Source: Sphaerodactylus townsendi
Lineage: Eukaryota
Assembly (NCBI RefSeq): GCF_021028975.2
Contig: NC_059429.1
Span: 25,234,001-25,298,000 of the forward strand
Reading direction: 5' to 3'
Length of the DNA: 64,000 bases
Shown here: piece after piece, positions 48,301 through 64,000 of the stretch
Layout of the letters: every line of letters starts with the position of its first letter
How positions within the stretch are numbered: the first letter of the stretch is position 1
Notes under the pieces: generated by a model
The model's database searches: none
Seen by the model: only the letters and a program-made list of their open reading frames with translations
Told to the model about the DNA's origin: nothing
Program-made: the position numbers and the translations under genes

Positions 48301-51300
48301 ATTCAGTGACTTCTCCCCTGGGATGAAGGACATCTTGTGGGTAGTTCCCATTGTCCCATTGGGGAGGCAGGAAAGGACTTTCCTCCCCTTCTTGGTGGGT
48401 AGAACTGCTCCTTGCAGTCTGTTTCCTGCCTCAAGGGGAGTAGCAGTGACTTTTATCATCTTTGTCTACAACAGCTTCCTTCAGAAGTATTAAGAAAAAC
48501 CCTTTACCACGTTGCCTACCTGAATGAGGACACCTGCCTGGTCCAGTTCTGAGGCTTTCAACCCTGAAATCAAGGTGAATGTCACTTTGAATTTAAGGTC
48601 ACGTTCAGTGTGAACAGCAAGCCCTTTCTGCTTTTCAGCAGCAATAACAAAACACAGCTGTCTGGAATATTCCTGCAGTCGGTCGTAAGAAAACTTGAAT
48701 AGGGGAGTGACGCTGTACAAGGTCAACTGTTTGCGGAGAAGTAAGTCTATCTGAGTCTCAGCATTTTCCTGGAATGGAGATAAGAGTTTCAGCTACAAGC
48801 AGTAAACAATAACCATAATTTATATATACCAGCCCCAAGTCTAACACTATAGGACAGCGGTGGCGAACCTATGGCACGGGTGCCAGAGGTGGCACTCAGA
48901 GCACTTTCTGTGGGCACACGTCCACAGAGTTCATCGTGGGGGGGCTGGAAAATCACCCCCCAACACACATTTAGGCTAGCCTGGGCATGATCCTTTACCT
49001 GGGAGTAAGTTCGGTTGTTGGCAATGGGGCTCGCTTCTGAGTAAACCCGCCAAGGGTTGTGATTCACCCATTCGAAGCGTTGTATGATTGCTTCACCAAG
49101 CTTATGCCCGAGTAACGCATGCCTTGGAGCTAACCATTTTTTCTAAACTAAAACCTCAGCATTCAGGTTAAATTGCCGTGTTGGCACTTTGCGATAAATA
49201 AGTGGGTTTTGGGTTGTAATTTGGGCACTCGGTCTCGAAAAAAATTTGCCATCACTGCTATAGGAAATGGCAGCATAGAAATTATTTACCATTGATGATA
49301 TTCTTAAAAACCTGAGATAATCTGCAACTAATATGATTGTTATAATCCGTACCTCATGCACTGGAATCAGTACCTGGAATCCAAATGCAGGATAAAATGT
49401 AACTGGAATGCAGCCATATAGCCCGGAAACCCTACAACCCCCCAGTGACTCTGGCCATGAAAGCCTTCAATAATACACAGAATTTGAATAGCAGACTGCT
49501 AAAAGCATTAAGACAATGAGTATTTCTTTCGATATACAGAGAACAGGAAACCAGCCAGAGAGACAGTTGAGCCTTTAGACAACCCTACCTTTGTCTCCAG
49601 CTTCTAATGCAGTAAGATTGTAACATCAGATAAAAATTATGTAATCTTCCAGCACTCCCATCTTTTAAACTTTGTTTAGCTCTATCAACCTCAGTGAAGC
49701 CTTACCTGCAAAAGAGGTGTTTGCAAAAGTCTCCTCTTAGCTGGAGAGTGACCAAACAGATTGCCTCTCTTGAGGGATAAGCGGACTCTTGAAAGATGTG
49801 CAGTGTTAATGAAGTTCGTACCATGGCCCATAGCTTTTCTTCCAGAATCAGTGCCCTGCACACAATGTAGTTTATTAATCCCATGTTCAGTTCATTCAAG
49901 AAAACTGTCCAAAAAGCTCACTGGCTGTTGAACTCTTAAAATGCAGCCATTGAGTCTACGGCTGATTCCGCATGGGCCAAAAACAGTGATATGAAAACAG
50001 TGTGAAAACAGTACAAACCCTTTTAGACCATTTAAAACCCTTTTACACCATTTTCACACCGTTTTCACACTGCTGTTTTTGGCCCATGCGGAATCAGCCT
50101 ACAAGATTCTTTAAGAAACAAAACAGGACAAGAGATTTTCAGAGGTGGTTTGCCATCGCCTGCCTCTGCATGGGCAGAGAGAGTTCGGAGAGAATTGCGA
50201 CTAGCCCAAGGTCACCCAGCAGGCTTCATGGGGAGGAGTGAGGAATCGAACCTGGTTCTCCAGATTAGGGTCCCATCACTCTTAACCATTGCACCACACT
50301 GGCTCTTGAAAAGGAATATGTACAGAGCAATACATGTTTAAAATATTTTGTTTTCAAAAAATTAAGGTTAAAAGTGATATCTGTCCTACAAATGACAATA
50401 CTTTGGCGCAAATACTCTAGAGATGCTGAAAAGTATTTAGCAGCAGCATCAGTGGCCTTTCTATTACTTGAAAGAACATTTTAAAAAGTGACAATCCTCT
50501 GGACCCAAGCAAAGCATCCACCAGTTAACTGGATTGTCTTTGTTTAACTGGTGGATGAAGTTACAATTCTGCTTTGTTCTTTTTATTTAAAAAGGTCTAA
50601 ATAAAGCCAGAAACCAAGTTTGTAAATTTCGTTGTGCGTGCACAATGACAATAAAATGCTTATGCTTAAGTTCTGATATGCAGCCTGCATTTGGGATAGA
50701 GGGAGACACACCTATAGAAAAACACAAGCCCTGCCCTTTCCTAATCCAGTTTCAATGCAGGTTTTATATACAACGACTCGCCCAATCCCAAAATAAGGAG
50801 CTATGCAAACGCAGGCCCCTTCAGCACATACAGAATAATGCACTTTTTACCCACTTTCAACATTGTTTGCAAGTGAATTTTGCTATTCCACCCAGTAAAA
50901 TTCATCTGTGAAGCGCACTGAAAGTAGTGCATTATTCTGCATGTGCAGAAGGAACCTCAGTCTTTGCCAGCTTAGGGAGGTTTCAGCCTCACGCTCACTC
51001 GGCGCAGCATATTTATAACGAGCCGCAATGGTTATAAATGCACTTTTTATAAATTGAAAACGAACTAATTTATAACGATTGCAACTCATAATAAAGATGC
51101 TGTGCGGAAACCACATCAGTTCCGTATTAACCACGTATCTGCTCCGTATTAACCACGTTTTTTCCGGCAGTCTGAAATGGTTTCTATGGGGGTTTTATAT
51201 ACAGCGATTCAGTCTTCTACCAGCCAAAATAGACGCTCCCCCTACCCCATGTACTTATTTTTCACATTCAGCACTGATAAAACCATAACTTGTCTCCCTA

Positions 51301-51343
51301 AAAGCTTCCATCCCCCTATCACCTGAATCAGCGCCTGCTCCAT
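45294..51343 (-). CDS. CENPL: Centromere protein L; join(51343..51323,49855..49706,48768..48520,48103..47579,45365..45294), ~338 aa; start codon uncertain (alternative ATG at 49831)
   Basis: LLRKQLTLYSVTPLFKFSY, LAWMAAMWTG, FYRHFKIYLSATRLVKVST and TELAISKIL*; all introns phase 0; synteny. Confidence 0.92.
45415..45705 (-). mobile_element. tRNA-derived SINE (Squam3-like)
   Basis: Reverse copy of the 62602 family. Confidence 0.8.
46272..46495 (+). mobile_element. tRNA-derived SINE (Squam3-like)
   Basis: ctctcagccccacctacctcacaagg core and tail. Confidence 0.75.
47579..48103 (-). CDS. CENPL: CENPL exon (525 nt)
   Basis: VTAENAGPKVVWMGCFCS...AHTAGKIK|gtatgt. Confidence 0.93.
48520..48768 (-). 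CDS. CENPL: CENPL exon (249 nt)
   Basis: ENAETQIDLLLRKQLTLYSVTP...GVLIQ|gtaggc. Confidence 0.93.
48855..49257. mobile_element. Non-autonomous hAT element
   Basis: TSD ctatagga; same family as 13944-14420. Confidence 0.9.
49706..49855 (-). CDS. CENPL: CENPL exon (150 nt, internal ATG at 49831)
   Basis: GTDSGRKAMGHGTNF...SPAKRRLLQTPLLQ|gtaagg; resembles recalled human TPPRRKIPQCSQLQ. Confidence 0.82.
49960..50099. mobile_element. Palindromic PIF/Harbinger-like MITE
   Basis: TIRs ggctgattccgcatgg / ccatgcggaatcagcc; 3-bp TSD tac. Confidence 0.8.
50130..50306 (-). mobile_element. tRNA-derived SINE
   Basis: Reverse A/B boxes and core. Confidence 0.75.
51323..51343 (-). CDS. CENPL: Candidate CENPL first coding exon (MEQALIQ)
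   Basis: ATG preceded by an in-frame TGA; CAG|gtgata donor; phase 0 matches the next exon. Confidence 0.55.
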
Positions 51344-51399
51344 CAATGACAGCCCTCAGGAGACTCTTCCTAACGACAGCACAAAAGCGGGTTTATTTT

Positions 51400-51680
51400 A
51401 AAATGTTGCCTCCCAGCAACCTCTTCGGTACAGGGGATGTTCTGCGCATGTGCTCGACGGTTGGGTCTATGGCTCAGGAAGTCGCGTCGCAGCCGCCATT
51501 GCTGGTTAGGGCACTATCACAATGACGTTCGGCGATGGTGAAGCACGCCTTCTCAAATCAATCATGGCGGACCGACGGTGGCCGCGAAGGGGAATTTCCG
51601 TGGCCTTTTGAGATGCGGACACGGAAGAGGCGGTCAGCTAAGATTTAGCGGGGATTGCGCTTCGTTTTTGTTTGTGCTAT
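51400..51680. promoter_or_regulatory. CpG-rich bidirectional CENPL/DARS2 promoter
   Basis: NRF1-like tgcgcatgtgc at ~51443; YY1-like ccgccatt at ~51494 and atggcgg at ~51564; ETS cggaag; the two ATGs are only ~340 bp apart. Confidence 0.8.
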
Positions 51681-51686
51681 AGGATC

Positions 51687-63106
<11,420 letters not shown>

Positions 63107-63946
63107 GTATGTCCTGTCATTCTGCAGGATTAGTCAGCCTCTATTTCTTCTATGAATTTATCACTTATGTGGAAACTTTCACTTGAAAGATAAACCCACT
63201 GTATTATTTATTTTCCCCACCCAATCTAATTTTTATCACAATTTTCGTGAAAGAAGCAGCTGTCCGTATTTGTCTCAATAATTCCAATAAGGTCAGAGCC
63301 TCTGAAGCCTTTTCTTTGAGAAACATGAACACTGCAGAAAATTATCATTTCACAATCCTCATCCAACAAATCCAACACTATGGGTTGGATCTCTGCTCTG
63401 GGTTAGATCCATGCTAAATTTCCCATCAGCAAAACAGAACTTTTCTGCCTCTCCTTCCCACTGCAACCCAATGTCTGCAAAATGCTGTTTGTGAGGGATA
63501 GGATAGGAGTTCCTGAGGAAGGATATGAGCAAGGTCTGCAGTGGGAAGGGAAGAATAGATGGAAATTGCCAGTTTAGACTGGATCCAAAGTGTTCACTTT
63601 CTGAACACGGCTAACATTTCCTTTTGCACTGAAAACATCTAATACAATGTTAGAATAATCACTCTATATTGTCATATGCTTTTTCCACATTCAAAATGTC
63701 CTTGTATTTTTCTCCCATTTTGTTTTAGCAGTTCATACACTGCATTAAATATCTGCTGGGTATTAGATTACAGTTTCCTCTCTGGTGTAAAACTTGTCTT
63801 TTGTTCTACACACTTACATATAATCCTGTTCAGTCTAGAACCTGGTTTAAGGACGTGGGCTTAAATTCTAACTCCTTGCTTCTGGTTGCATTCTTCTTCC
63901 TGCATTGCAGAGGCTGTTCTCTGCTGCGCAGTGCTTTCCTCTGAAC

Positions 63947-64000
63947 CAGGGGTCCCCAAACTATGGCCCGGGGGCCAAATGTGGCCCCCTGAAGGCATTT
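63947..64000. mobile_element. Left end of a hAT (Charlie-like) element
   Basis: caggggtccccaaact...ggcccg terminus, cut by the window edge. Confidence 0.6.

Noticed and set aside
51633-51682. Mini-intron in the DARS2 5'UTR
   Set aside because: An acceptor-like tract exists, but the intron would be only ~50 nt, too short to be credible
63107-64000. GAS5-hosted snoRNAs expected near DARS2
   Set aside because: They lie beyond the DARS2 3' end, outside this window; no convincing C/D box pairs were seen

Overview
Vertebrate genomic DNA from a squamate reptile, probably a gecko judging by its SINE, Penelope and CR1 content. It spans the conserved block ANKRD45(-, 5' part) / KLHL20(+, complete, 609 aa) / CENPL(-, complete) / DARS2(+, exons 1-10), with two bidirectional CpG-rich promoters. 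All exon boundaries were traced by hand with GT-AG sites and consistent phases. The main observations are: (1) two tandem, intact but strongly diverged two-exon TEX50-like membrane-protein genes nested antisense in the ANKRD45 intron, one apparently rescued by a compensatory frameshift; (2) Penelope-derived elements carrying minimal hammerhead-ribozyme motifs, including a CR1-hammerhead chimera with an identical junction at two loci; (3) a duplicated in-frame 5' splice site in KLHL20. The rest is dense transposon debris (hAT and Harbinger MITEs with TSDs, CR1, L1, L2, RTE, tRNA-SINEs) plus two assembly gaps. Gene names rest on recalled orthologue sequences and synteny; no database search was run.
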